A DNA stretch of 64,000 nt, taken from positions 28,086,001 through 28,150,000 of the forward strand of contig NC_135769.1 in assembly GCF_052425735.1 (NCBI RefSeq). The letters run 5' to 3'. Below the pieces are notes generated by a model that searched no databases, was not told the DNA's origin, and worked only from the letters and a program-made list of their open reading frames with translations. The DNA comes from Oculina patagonica. Taxonomy: Eukaryota. Below are positions 1 through 12,374 of the stretch, piece after piece (positions within the stretch are counted from its first letter, which is position 1; each line of letters opens with the position of its first letter). A program made the translations under genes and the position numbers.

Positions 1-1499
1 CGATGATAATTAACTTTAATTAACCGTAGCTCGGGTTTCCGTCCGCGAAAGCCACGCAACCATTTGTTTGTCAAAGGATGTTTGGTAGTGCAAGAAAAGC
101 AATAGGGAGTGGATTTTAATGCAGTGTAGATGTGGTTTAGATAGTAATTTTAGAACTAATCTTGAATTTTTTTTCGCAAAGCGTTAAAATACCTCTTAAT
201 CCACATTAAAGAAGCTTTGCTCCCCTTATATTGCCATCATAGTGTGGCCGAAATTACAATTAAGTAGTATTGGGAATAAGTTTACGGTTTACTTTTTCTT
301 TTTTGTGTGATGACGAATTTTCTTGTTGGTTAATATCTGTGTTCCTACGGAAGCCTAGAAGAATGGGAAGAAGTTGGAGGGATTCTAATTTATTTTGTCA
401 TGAAGTTCTAACAGATTTAAAGAAAAAAGAAAAAATATATGCGCACGTAAGTTAACGTTATCGCCATATAGTGAAAGCTTTGGAGCAAGAAATCGGTCAA
501 GATAATAATGTTTGAGTTTGGTTGTTCTCGGCTTGACGTTCAACCGATAAACCATCTTGAATGAAGCTTGAGGGCCGTCTGTTTCCGTTCGGAGAAGATG
601 GATAATATTCAGTCCAGGGACATATTAGACTGTAACCCACATTTCTGTTGAAAACACCTGCTTTGAGATGCGCAATTCTATTCATAACTATTTTTCAAGA
701 GTGAATGAAGAATAGCTCCCATCAGATTTGATACGTCATACTATCTCGCGATGCGGAAATCGATTAGTAGTTGCTCGCTTCTATTCATTCTGTTTCCACA
801 ACTTTTAAATTAATCAACATACACAATACTTAGGTGTTCTGTTGTCTTTTTTTGTCTACAAGAAAGAACATATTAACGTATTAAAGAATAAAAATTCATT
901 TCAAATGCAGTAAAATGACTATAAGTAAACCAATATGTGAAAATTGGGTAATGGATTTGCCAAAACGAATGTATAAATTATGAAAGTTGTTTACCTTAAT
1001 TTGGATCAATTTGGAAAAAAGTCACCGTTTTTCCTTTCATTTCTTAGTAGTGTAAAACGCAAAAGGAGCGAACTCTTTCATCTCAATGGAAAATTCACGA
1101 TTTTGTAGCAAAAATCATTTAAATACAAAACAAAAAAACAGAAATATATCAGTCTAATGCAATTAGCTAACGGATCGGCAAAACAAATATATAAACTATG
1201 AGTGACGTTTGTCTTTAAAGCTCTTTTTAATTAAAAATATTTGTTAAGCCATTCAGTCCGTTTGTGATAAAAAAAATCTCCTTATATATTTCCACACTTC
1301 TCTTTTAATATTTATTTTAGGAATTTATTGTACATCAAGAAGTATCCCTATGTGACAATTTCCCTTAATTTTCATTATCTGACAAGTTCACGATGCATCT
1401 AGTAAGGTTTTAGGGATCGATTGATAAACACTGAAGACCACTGAAGCAAACAAATGCCACACTTCGCAGAGTAAAAAATAAGGAATGAGTTGTTTATTA

Positions 1500-1650
1500 A
1501 TAATAAATGAACACGACTTGACATAAATGTTTCTCCACTCTGGCTTAAACAGACAAAACCGGGGAATCGGGGGTGGATGCGTTCCACCTCGTTTCTAGGC
1601 AAAGTTTTTAACTGCCATATTCTGACGTTTTAACAACACACGCCCGCAAA
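1500..1650 (+). promoter_or_regulatory. Conserved proximal upstream block of the array genes
   Basis: ATAAATGAACACGACTTG(A/G)CATAAA...CTCTGGCT is shared, with variation, upstream of G1, G3, G4, G5 and G6. Function is inferred from position only. Confidence 0.4.
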
Positions 1651-3746
1651 ATGGCTGGTTCGTGGCTGACTCAGTTGGCTATTGTGGGCCTCAACATTCT
1701 CCTGATATTCTTATTTGTGGTGGCAAACAAAGACTTTTGTGGAAGCGTTTTTGAAACTCAAGTTGGTAAGTAAACATAAAAACTATCATGTCCTCTTTTC
1801 TTTCGTTTTGACACTGTACACTGATCTACGAAACTTTTATTTTCTTTGTCCTTTTAGACCATGCCTTAGTTGGTCACGTCATGAACAAGGATGTTGTTGC
1901 TGACGAGTTTGAATGTCATCTAAAATGCCTCGCAAATAACAGTTGCAAGTCTTTCAACGTTCATCGTGATGGAAACAATGCAAAACGTGTTTGCGAGCTA
2001 AACAACAAAACCCGACAGATGAATCCAGGACATTTTAAACTGAAGATAGGATCTACATACTATGGCTCTGTTCAGGTTAGTTAAAAAGCGGACATTTCTC
2101 GAGGGTAGATACAAAAAACAAGAATGAAAGTGTTAACCTATTAGCCTGGTTATCAAGATTGATCGAAAAGCAAAACTCTCTACGGTATTGATAAATTGTG
2201 AAGTAAATAGGTTACGAGAAACAACAAATTAATCAATTATGAATATTGCCTTGATGTGACCACCAAATGTACCCGATAGTTTTCTTTCCTTAATATCTTA
2301 CTATAACCCAACCAGGTCTCCTGCAACGAAGTTTCAAGTGAACAGGATGAACAAACAAAGAATGGGCAGTGTCATCCGGGATACAAGGGGAAACAATGTG
2401 AAAAACGTGAGTATTGAAAATTTTCCTTCCACCATCTTACTTAGTGTGATAACGCATGGCCCTCCTTTTCAAATACCATTTGNNNNNNNNNNNNNNNNNN
2501 NNNNNNNNNNNNNNNNNNNNNNNNNNNNNNNNNNNNNNNNNNNNNNNNNNNNNNNNNNNNNNNNNNNNNNNNNNNNNNNNNNNNNNNNNNNNNNNNNNNN
2601 NNNNNNNNNNNNNNNNNNNNNNNNNAAGGTGTCCGCCTGCTCTACAATGCTTAATCTACCTAAGCGCGTACTTTTAGAATGATCACCTCTTTTGTGGCGA
2701 TTCGAGTTGGGCTGTAATTTTAAATTCATTTTTAAAACACGTTCTATTTTCTTTTGTAGCTACAGGAAGTTTGTATTCCCATCAGCCTGCCGATTCCTGT
2801 AAGGACATACGGGACTCTGGAGACTCCAAAGGAGACGGGGAGTACTGGATAGACCCTGAGAAAAGTGGAAACCCTATAAAAGTCTTCTGTGACATGACAA
2901 CTGACGGAGGTAATTTAAGACTGTTATGGAGAAAACTTGTTTAACTTCGGCCTAAAAGGAATATACACAAAACTTCAAGGTATTTAAATATTAGCCTTCG
3001 CAGACATTAACTCCTTCATACAACTTTGTGGATTTTCAACGAGCATCCTTGACGTCCTTTGTCATAAAATGACACGTGAAACACTTTCAGCTTTATTTTG
3101 AATTTCTACCAACTATTCTTTCTTTTGTATTGATGTTCTTCGTTTCGTGACTATAGCGTTAATGTTACTTTCCTAGTTGCCTTTGTTTGATCACATGATC
3201 ACTTTACTTTGCCTTATTTCAGGAGGCTGGCTTCTTGTCTCCAAGCTTGTGATTGACAACCCATCCTCCCCACAGTTGTCAATTGAGCCGTCGTATCGTG
3301 GAATCAGCAACTATCACAACAACAAGACGTTTCTGACGAAGAGTGCCATGAATGAGCTGAGGACACACTTAAATTTCACTCAACTGAGATTCCACTGCAG
3401 TAAACAACAGGGACGTACGTTCCACGTGACCACGGTCGCTAACAGCACTGGTGAAGCTGTAGTCCAGTACTTCAGCGGTCAGACGGATGCCCCACCCGCC
3501 TCCTGTGGCTCGTTTGTTCAAATGAAAAATGACAACTCGAGATTAACAGGAGTTTGCAGTCAGTGGTACACAAGCGGTGGTAGATGGGGTGCTGGCTATT
3601 CAGATGAGGGTAGATTATACAAGGTCGTTGCCTATGTCAATAGCTTATATCACTGGGTTTTGTTTCCTGGTAGCTCAAGATGGGAATGCGATGACTATCA
3701 AGTTGGAGTGTCTTCTGGTGATTTCTGGAAAGTCTTTGTTCGTTAA
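1651..3746 (+). CDS. Array gene G1: secreted PAN/Apple + EGF-like + fibrinogen-N-subdomain protein, 365 aa
   Basis: Exons 1651-1765, 1858-2075, 2316-2406, 2760-2909, 3223-3746, all GT-AG and frame-consistent (1098 nt). Exon 1 is hydrophobic (MAGSWLTQLAIVGLNILLIFLFVVA). Exon 2 has the PAN pattern (ECHLKC...CKSFN...CELN). Exon 3 has CHPGYKGKQC. Exons 4/5 give SCKDI...GDGEYWIDP...VFCDMTTDGGGWLLV. An N-gap lies in intron 3. Confidence 0.85.
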
Positions 3747-4166
3747 ATTAAAAACTTCGCAAAGTAGGTCGTGGTTTATAAAAGCGACTGATTGCATCTA
3801 GCTGTGGGTGTTTGAGCAATCTGTACCTTTGACAGGTCCGGTTAAAAGTTGTATATTAGTCAATCTGTCAGTAGTACACGGTACATTCATTCAGTTGTTT
3901 ATTTAGGTCCGTGATTTAGAGCATATTGATAATTGAAACCGTGCGTCAAGAAAAATAAAATAATATTAAACACCAGTAACTTCACTGTTTTATGTAGCAT
4001 TTCTTCTGAAGCTCAGTTTTTATTAACTTTTGGATTTTCAATGTACAGAGAAATAGCTCAGGATTGTTTAGAAAAAGTTGTGCTTTATCTTCAAGGTGCA
4101 GACATATGTCATTTTCTAGAAATAAAGTCATTTTTTGCTGCAGTTAGCGTTGTGTTTACTTTCTTA

Positions 4167-4484
4167 GGGCCTCTTTACATGAGAGTCGAGATGAGTTTCA
4201 TCCCGGGATGAATTTCGTCCCGGGATGAAAAAATTTCATTTTACATGAGCGTGTTCATCCCGGAATAAGTCGTCCCGCCCGAGTTGAATTCATCTCGCCC
4301 GTGCTTACATAACATTACATTTCATCCCGGGAAGGACTGTTTACATGGGGTTTTTCGTCACTTTTCATCCCGGGACGAAATCATATATCATCATGTAACA
4401 TGTAACATGTAACAAGAAAATGACCAGACACCGAGATGAATACGAAAGTCATCCCGGGACGAAAACTCTCATGTAAAGCGGCCC
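4167..4484. mobile_element. PIF/Harbinger-like MITE
   Basis: TTA TSD. TIRs GGGCCTCTTTACATGAGAG / CTCTCATGTAAAGCGGCCC. Many internal ATCCCGGGA palindromes. Confidence 0.8.
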
Positions 4485-4522
4485 TTACTGCTGTTAATAA
4501 AGCAGCAGTGTTAAAATAGCAA

Positions 4523-4972
4523 GAAGAGTGCCATGAATGAGCTGAGAACACACTTGCCTTTCACTAGCTCAACTGAGATCCCACTGCAGTAAACAACAGG
4601 GACGTACGTTCCACGTGACCACGGTCGCTAACAGTACTGGTGAAGCTGTAGTCCAGTACTTCAGCGGTCAGACGGACGTACAGCCCGACGCCTGTGGCTC
4701 GTTTGTCAGAATGAAGAATTACAACTCGCGATTAGCAGGAGTTTGCGATGAGTGGGGAAAAGAAAATGGTGTTCTTGGGGGTTGGAAAATGGGGAATTGG
4801 GGAAGATAATAAAAGGCAAATTATACATTTACCCTGCGTTTAAACTGATCCTGTATACCACTGTACAATTCACCACCCAAATGCCTCGAGATTTTTTTTG
4901 TGATGACGCAAGTAATGGTGCTTCAGTTTGGAATAACTGCAGGGGACGTTTGGAAGGTCTTTACTCGTTGAC
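4523..4972 (+). pseudogene. psi1: 5'-truncated, frameshifted copy of exon 5
   Basis: Begins GAAGAGTGCCATGAATGAGCTG (KSAMNEL), contains TTVANSTGEAVVQYFSGQTD and WGKENGVL, and ends ...TGGAAGGTCTTTACTCGTTGA. Several indels. Confidence 0.85.
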
Positions 4973-6694
4973 AAGTTGAGCTGCACAAAACTTACACAAC
5001 GAAAAACGTACCGGTAAACCTTAAGCTAAGTCACTTAAGCTAAGACCAGCTAAGTGGTCGAAATAAAAAATATTTGTGATAGATGATTTTGCTTTTTACC
5101 CTTTTACTCCTCGATTTTTTTCCCAAAACGACAATTAAACGTAACGGATGTGCACTTCTGGCTGTTATCTGGAGATATTGCAAAATAACTCTCCAGACCC
5201 TCATTGGAAATTGAAAAATGAATCAATGGTAGGGAAGGACAAGCTTTTCTTTATTAAATTTTCAGGGGACAAATTTCGTAGTAGTGAAGGTGTCACGAGT
5301 GGTACAAAGACCACGGTCCCACATTGCGCCTGATGGCGCGTCTGGGAGTCAATGGGTTATTGATATGCGACAGTTTTTCTTTTCTGCAAAAGACGCAATG
5401 CTATAATGTTTGCTTTCAGTCCCAATTCCTCATCGGTCAGGCTGTTCTTCAGCCTCTAGAGCGTTAATAATTTGTTTAAGGCGTTTATTTATAGTGTACG
5501 CCCTTTAAATACGTTAACAATTTCTTCCTTAGCAACAAATGAATTAACCATTTAAGATAACAAACCTTTGCCTATCAAGCTAATTTGTTATTTATAAAAG
5601 AATTTCGCATACGAATTTGTGATAATATTTAAATTTCGCTGTTTTTCCTATAGTAATGCTACGCTGAAGGATAATTGTAAATAAAATTTATTAAGAGTTA
5701 GTGTCAAATGAAGTCAACGAAACAAAATCTTTAAACAGAAAGTTCATGTCTTTTAAAGCGGAACATGGAACCACCTGCCGCTCCATGACACGAAGATAAA
5801 ACCTGAAAAATTTGCTTCGGCTAACGATATAAGGTGGCGAACTAAACATTTTTTAGTTGAACGAACTAAAGTGGCTAATTTCTGTATTTTATAGTAATTC
5901 TTCTTTAACTTGCAAAAGTAATTTGTTCATAGCTGATGCGGTTTCTGTGAGAGAATGGCAAATGCAAATGGAAAATACAAGGAAAGTGTAAATGTAGAGT
6001 TAAAATAAATTTAAAATTATCTGGCTTGGGTTTCTATCTAGTAACGGTAAAAAACCCAGTGTTGATGTTCGACAGTGCGAGAAATGCGAAGGCTGCGAGT
6101 TCAAGTTTTTAATACCGGCAGGATCTTATTTGGTGCGTGGCCCGAGTAGAACTGCGTCAGAACTTAGGGTTGGCACTACAAATTTCGCTCTGATTATTCA
6201 AACAAGTTTTTTTGCTATTCAGCAACTGTATATTTTCCAATGTTTTGGAATAAAATTTCCTAAAATTCACAATAACCCCAAACAGAAATTGTTGTCTCTT
6301 CTCAGCTTGCCACTTGGAGTAATGACAGAAATGACAACCGATGTTCCAAATGAATTTGTTTTATTTTACCTTTGTCTATTTGCGCGATGCCGATCTCAGT
6401 TTGGCATGGAAATCGAGGCTCTCCCTTCTGAAACTCTGTCGCATTGTTGTTAGTGAATTTATCAAACTTAACTACGAAAGTCTTGGTTGTTTCTTATCTT
6501 TTTTTTAGCACAGTCTTATATTTTTGAGGCTGGAAAGCGGCAGCTGGTCTATCATTGCTTAACAACTTAGTGCGTGCTCTCTATATTCTCTATTTTGACA
6601 GATTTCCATGGTGAAATTAAATTGTCTTGACGTTAGTCGAGGGAATTTGGGAATTACTAACAGAGTCCAGAAGGTGTGTATTGACTATGAAATG

Positions 6695-7058
6695 AAAAAT
6701 GCACGAGAAACTCCTGCTCCGTTTACTAGTTAAGAGTCACATCGTTTTAAATTGGTCGAAAAATTTAAAACACCGTTTTGAAAGAAACTCCTGCTCGTTT
6801 TTAATTGGTCGAGACATTAAAAAATTAACAGCCTTTTTAAAATACCAGCGAAACTCCTGTTCTGTGTACCTAGGTTACTCACGTCTTTTTTAATTGGTTT
6901 AGAAATTAAAATATCTGAGAAACTTCTGCTCTGTTACTCGCGTCAGTCTTTAGACGAAATGTCGAAATTTCGACAGCGACATGCGGACCATTCTTAGTAG
7001 CGACATGACAAGCTTTGAAATTGAGACAGGAGACATGTATACCTACCCTGACAGGGCC
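6695..7058. mobile_element. Terminal fragment of the same element
   Basis: Subrepeats plus terminus TACCCTGACAGGGCC|TCA. Another fragment lies at 24050-24208. Confidence 0.65.
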
Positions 7059-8209
7059 TCACTATAATTTAAAGGACTTGAAGAACTATGTACAATAGAT
7101 CTTGCTGATGACCTGTAAATTTGAACATTTTAAAGCTTTCTAAAGTTTTGAAGTTACCGAAAAGCTCCTAAGCTCAACAATGAAGTAAATATGGAAGATA
7201 AAGTGAAAATCTTAATTAAAACTAGTATACTCTCCCAATAAAGAGGTTTCCAAACGTTATGCTAATGAATGTTGACTTCCTCTCATTAATTTTTTTTCAT
7301 ACATCTTATCTTCCTTCATTAAAAACTATCTTACATGTTTTACGCTAAAAGGACAATTGTGTTTAAAGAAAAAACTACAGCAAAAAGCTGAATGATACAC
7401 AAAGTTTTTAGTGGGAAACAAAGAGAAGACAAGAATACCCTTTGAAGAGGAAGTTTTTCGGCATGTTAGAAGGAAAGCATCAGACGAACAAAGACATGAC
7501 TATTAAACGAGTAAATAATTGCCTCGTATTTCTGGCGCTGATTAACTCTTCTTATTAACTCTTCTGACAGTATCCGTCAGTACATCGATAATAACAGAGC
7601 AAAGGAAAGTATTAATTGTTAAATTTCTTTGATATAGCACGCGGCACCAAATTCTCAGAACTAACAATGAGAAAAATGTATACTAATCAGTAGTATCAGT
7701 TGGGAGAATTCCTATTTCAAGCTCAGCGTAAGAACTAAATGATGTGTCAGTATAGAGAGCAAAAGAATTATGTTCAATGCTGCAGTTTCCATGAACCAGT
7801 GAACACTGCTTTCTGAACTGTTCGTAACTTTCTTAGTCAAGCAGATGAAAATAAAGCCTCTTACTAAGAATATCAACAGAGTACTAATTAGAAACTAATT
7901 TCCGTAAACTTACACTTGTTAAATGCAAAATGTCATTCATGTTTTAAGTTATCATTGTCTAAATTAAAAAAAAAGGTAAAAAAAATTGTTGTCCGGTTAA
8001 ATTTCTGAAGAATTAACGTGTTAATGTATCTATCGAAGAGAGAAGTTGAACGAACACGGTTGGCTTATTTCTGTAATTTGCATATGCCTGGGTGCATAAC
8101 GCTGCAATTGTTTTGTCAATATAAACAGGATTTTTAGTGCATCGTCTTAGCAGGTCTTTGCAATGTTCGTTCACATTTTTCAAAGCGTATTTTTTATTCA
8201 CCAGATATA

Positions 8210-8742
8210 AATATTCCTGTGTTTGGAATAAAATTTCCCATAGTTTCACAATGATACCAAACCGAAAATTCTGACCCTTCTTAGCTTGCCACGTGGAATA
8301 GTGACAGAAATGACAACTGATCTTTCAAATGAGTTTGTTTAATTTTACCTCCGTTGACTATTTGAACGATGCCGATCGGAAATTATTTGCTCGCGGCATG
8401 GAAATCGAGGAGGATTAGTATATACTGGCTCCTCCTTCTGGATTAGTATATACTGGCTCCTCCTTCTGAAAATTCTGTCCCGTTGTTTTATGTGAATTAA
8501 TTAAACTAGACAAGACTTGGGTGTTTTCAGTCTTTTCTTAACACTGTCCTATATTTTTTGTTAAAGTTTTGTGCCTTTAAGGCGGCAGCTGGTTTATCGT
8601 TGCTTTATAACAGCGCGTGCTCTTTATATTCCGGCATTATATTTAGATTATATTTTGACAGATTTCCATGGTGAAATTAAATTGTTTTGACGTTAGTCTG
8701 GGGAATTTGAGAACAGTACTGACAGGGTCCAGAAGGTGTGTA
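8210..8742 (+). repeat. Dispersed direct duplicate of 6230-6685
   Basis: Collinear matches, e.g. GACAGAAATGACAAC and TTTTGACAGATTTCCATGGTGAAATTAAATTGT. A 29-bp tandem duplication lies at 8412-8469. Confidence 0.8.
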
Positions 8743-8852
8743 CTCGTATAAATTCAAAGGCTCCACAAAGTTCCGGGTGCTGGAAAACACTGAAGCAAAG
8801 AAGCACCACTCCTTTGAAGAAGAACGAAACAACGAAACAACAGATCTAATTG

Positions 8853-11327
8853 ATGGCTGGTTTGTGGCTGACACAGTTGGCCATTGTGAGCCTCAACATT
8901 CTCCTGGTAATCTTATTTGTGGTGGCAAACACAGACTTTTGTGGAAGCGTTTTTGAAACCCAAGTCGGTAAGTAAATATTTTAAGCTTTCGCGTCCTTGT
9001 ATTCAGACTGTTTGCACGAATAAAACTTTCATTTTCTTTGTCCTTTACAAGACCATGCCTTAGTTGGTCACGTCATGAACAAGGCTGTTGTTTTTGACGA
9101 GTTTGAATGTCATCTAAAATGCCTCGGAAATAACAGTTGCAAGTCTTATAACGTTCATCCCGATGGCAACAATGGGAAACGTATTTGCGAACTGAACAAC
9201 AAAACCCGACAGATGAAGCCAGGACATTTTAAACTGAAGAAAGGATCTACATACTATGGCTCTGTTCAGGTTAGTTAAAAAGTACACATTTACATATCCC
9301 ACTTTAGCTTACTTTTAGCCGCTATTCGCCAGGAAAAAGCTTTATTGAGCTAGGGTTGGTAAAAAAAAGTGTTTTTCTGTTTGCAATGCCAAATATCACT
9401 ATGATATTGATTAATTTTGAACTAAATAGGATACGAGAATAAACAAAATAATCAACTATGAATGTTTCCCTAATTAATATCCACCAAATGTAAGTGAAAA
9501 GCAAATATTTTTTGCTATCCTCGATATTTCATTGTAACCCAACCAGGTCTCCTGCATCGATGTTTCACGTGAGCGGACTGAACTAACAAAAAGTGGACAG
9601 TGTCATCATCCGGGATACAAGGAAAAAAACTGTGAAGATCGTGAGTTGTGAAAACTTGTATTTAACTTAGAAAGAAAAGATCGCACAATCTTAGTTTCTG
9701 TTTACCAGACTAAGTCCGCTAAAGAGCGGGATTTGAGCTGGGTTGTTATTTTAATTTTTATTATTAAAACACGTTCTATTTCTTGCAGGTGGGCGAAATG
9801 AACAAACAACGAATAAGCAGTGTCACCCGGGATACAAGGGAAAAAACTGTGAAAAACGTGAGCAGTGAAAATTTGTCCTTCCACTATCTTACTTAGTGCG
9901 ACAACGCAATTTGAATTGATTGGAAAAGGTGTCCTCCTACAGTACAATGTTTTATCTACCAAAGCGGGCTTTTAGAATGATTACCTCTTTTGTTTACTAG
10001 ATTACTGTCCTCTAAGGGGGGTGAGGGAGGGAGGCGGGGGGGCTTCTTGTTGGGCTTAATAAATTTAAACTCAGTACGTTTTATTTCCTTTTGTAGCTAT
10101 AAGAGGTTTGTATTCCCATCAGCCTGCTCATTCCTGCAAGGACATACGGGACTCTGGAGACTCCAAAGGAGATGGGGAGTACTGGATCGACGCTGAGAAA
10201 AGTGGAAACCCTTTAAAGGTCTTCTGTGACATGACAACTGACGGAGGTAACTTAAGGATTATGCAGTTTTGAAGGAAACTTGTTTAACTTCGGCCTTAAA
10301 GGAGTATACAAAAATCTCCCAGTTATCGAGCCATGAGCCTTCGCAGAAATAATTTTGTCGATTTTCTTCTGCATCTTCTTGATCTGTTTATATACATATT
10401 TTTATTATCATTATTTTTGTAGCAGCCTTTTATTTTACACGTTTCTTCTTTCAATATTTGTCAACCAATCATATTTCATTTTTTTAAATAGCATCGTTTC
10501 AAATATTGTAAATTTCCATTTTTACTTAGTTTTTTCAGTCCCTGAAGGAGATTAGTTTTGTCAAGCTGAAATATTGGGCAATAAAATTTATTTAGCCTTT
10601 TTAGCTGTCCTATTAGCCTTGCATTTTGCTTATCATCTTCTGCCATATAACGACACGTGAAATATTTTGCTTTGTTTTTCGTAGCTTCTACTGTATCTTC
10701 TTACTTTTACATATTGATAATCTTTCTTTTCGTGATAAAATGTAAATGTTACTTGGCTAGCTGGCTTTGCTTGATCACATGATCACTAAACCTTGTCTTA
10801 TTTCAGGAGGCTGGCTTCTTGTCTCCGACCTTGTGATTGCCAGCTCATCCTCCCCACAGTTGTCAGAAGAGACGTCATACCGTGGAATCAGCATCTATCA
10901 CAACAACAAGACGTTTCTGACAAAAAGTGCCATGAATAAGCTGAAAACACACTTGCCTTTCACTCAACTGAGATTCCACTGCAGTAAACAACAGGGACGT
11001 ACGTTCCACGTGACCACGGTCGCTAACAGCACTGGTGAAGCTGTAGTCCAGTACTTCAGCGGTCAGACGGATGTGCAGCCCCACGCCTGTGGCTCGTTTG
11101 TTAGGATGGAGAATGACAACTCGTTGTTAGCTGGACAGTGCAACAAGTGGCATGGTAACAATGGCAAATGGGGTGGCGGGCATGATGAAGATAGGTTGTA
11201 CAATCACGCTGCTTGGGTCAGAGGCTTATATCACTGGCTGCTAACTCCAGGCGGCTCAAGATGGGAATGCGATGACTTTTTCGTTGGAGTGTCTTCTGGT
11301 GATTTCTGGAAAGTCTTCGTTCGTTAA
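8853..11327 (+). CDS. Array gene G2 (388 aa with extra exon 3b, 365 aa without)
   Basis: Exons 8853-8967, 9052-9269, 9547-9640, 9789-9857 (extra, 69 nt), 10097-10246, 10807-11327. GT-AG, in frame, paralogous to G1. Confidence 0.85.
10380..10632 (+). mobile_element. Penelope-like terminal fragment with degenerate hammerhead (10538-10579) in G2 intron 4
   Basis: Absent from paralogous introns and flanked by CATCTTCT direct repeats. Motif GTCC-CTGAAGG...GAAA-TATT-GGGC. Confidence 0.45.
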
Positions 11328-12037
11328 AAACGTGGCAAAGGAGATCATCCCTTGTAAAAGCAAAAATTTCCTCAAACTGTGGGATTTTTCTTTAACGGTA
11401 ATTTGATTGTTCTTTGTAGAATGTTCAAACAAGGTCGGTTATATTTAACTTTGTTGTATTATCAATAAACAGAAAATAGCTGAAGATTGTATAGAAAAAG
11501 TCAAGGTGTAGGCATGTTATCGACACTTTGTAGTAATAAAGTCACTACAAAGTTATTAATATTGTTGTGCTTGCTTTCTTACTACTGATAAACAGTAGTG
11601 TAAAGCTATAAATATTTGTTGCCTCAAAATAGCGTAATATCCCGCGCTATGTAAGAGCAAGGGATTGTACTGTATGTGCGAGACATCAATTTCTGCTTGG
11701 ATGGAGTAGGCGCAGGTGCGTTTTTAAAAATGTCTCGTCGGTGATGTTCTTACTAACTGAATATCGTATTGATGGGCGTCTATTCGATAAATTCTATCCA
11801 CTAACATTAAAAGAAGTAATATTTCGATTTAAAGAGACCAATGTCGCCCAGTCTCCCACGACTAGAAACGAGTGGGGAGGAGTCATGTGGGAAGTGGGAT
11901 CCGTTCTCCGAGCAAACAGCATACTCGCTAGGGCAGGGACGGGGTACATGTCTAAGGCCTACACTCGGTTCGTGTCGGGTCAAATATATTAGTGCATAAT
12001 TATTTCGCTATACAAAATTTTAGTGGAGACATGTCGA

Positions 12038-12372
12038 ATGCCATGAAAGAGCTGAGAACACACTTGCCTTTCACTCAACTGAGATTCCACTGCAGTAAAC
12101 AACAGTCGTTACAAGTGCTCGTTCGGGTGAACCGAAAATCCTTAAAAACTCGAAAAAATTAATGATCCGGTCAAGTGAATTGTGTTTTTAGTATAAGTAC
12201 ATGAAAGTCTTGCAACACACTAGAAAAGAGCGAAATCTATTTAACAAGCCAGATCGGGCAGACACAGCCTCTCAATATCCTGTATACCACTGGACAATTC
12301 ATTCAAATGCCTCGAGGTTTTCTGTGATGACCCAAGTAGTGGTGCTTGTGGAGTAACTGCTGGAGACTTTTG
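12038..12372 (+). pseudogene. psi2: fragmented exon-5 copy interrupted by a MITE fragment
   Basis: 12038-12105 matches AMxELRTHLPFTQLRFHCSKQQ. 12275-12372 matches the YPVYHW...CDD...GDF tail shared with psi1/3/4. The middle is replaced by a piece of the 19.1-19.6 kb foldback element. Confidence 0.75.
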
Positions 12373-12374
12373 AC

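Noticed and set aside
2338-2729. ORFs spanning N runs (also 33939-34267)
   Set aside because: Artefacts of assembly gaps.
3177-3222. N-terminal parts of the listed exon-5 ORFs (also at 10767, 17527, 27974, 39541, 44953)
   Set aside because: Intronic sequence upstream of the conserved TTTCAG acceptor; these ORFs are not stand-alone genes.
11380-11390. NF-kB-like GGGATTTTTC after several stop codons
   Set aside because: Short motif inherited by duplication within 3' UTRs; no independent support.
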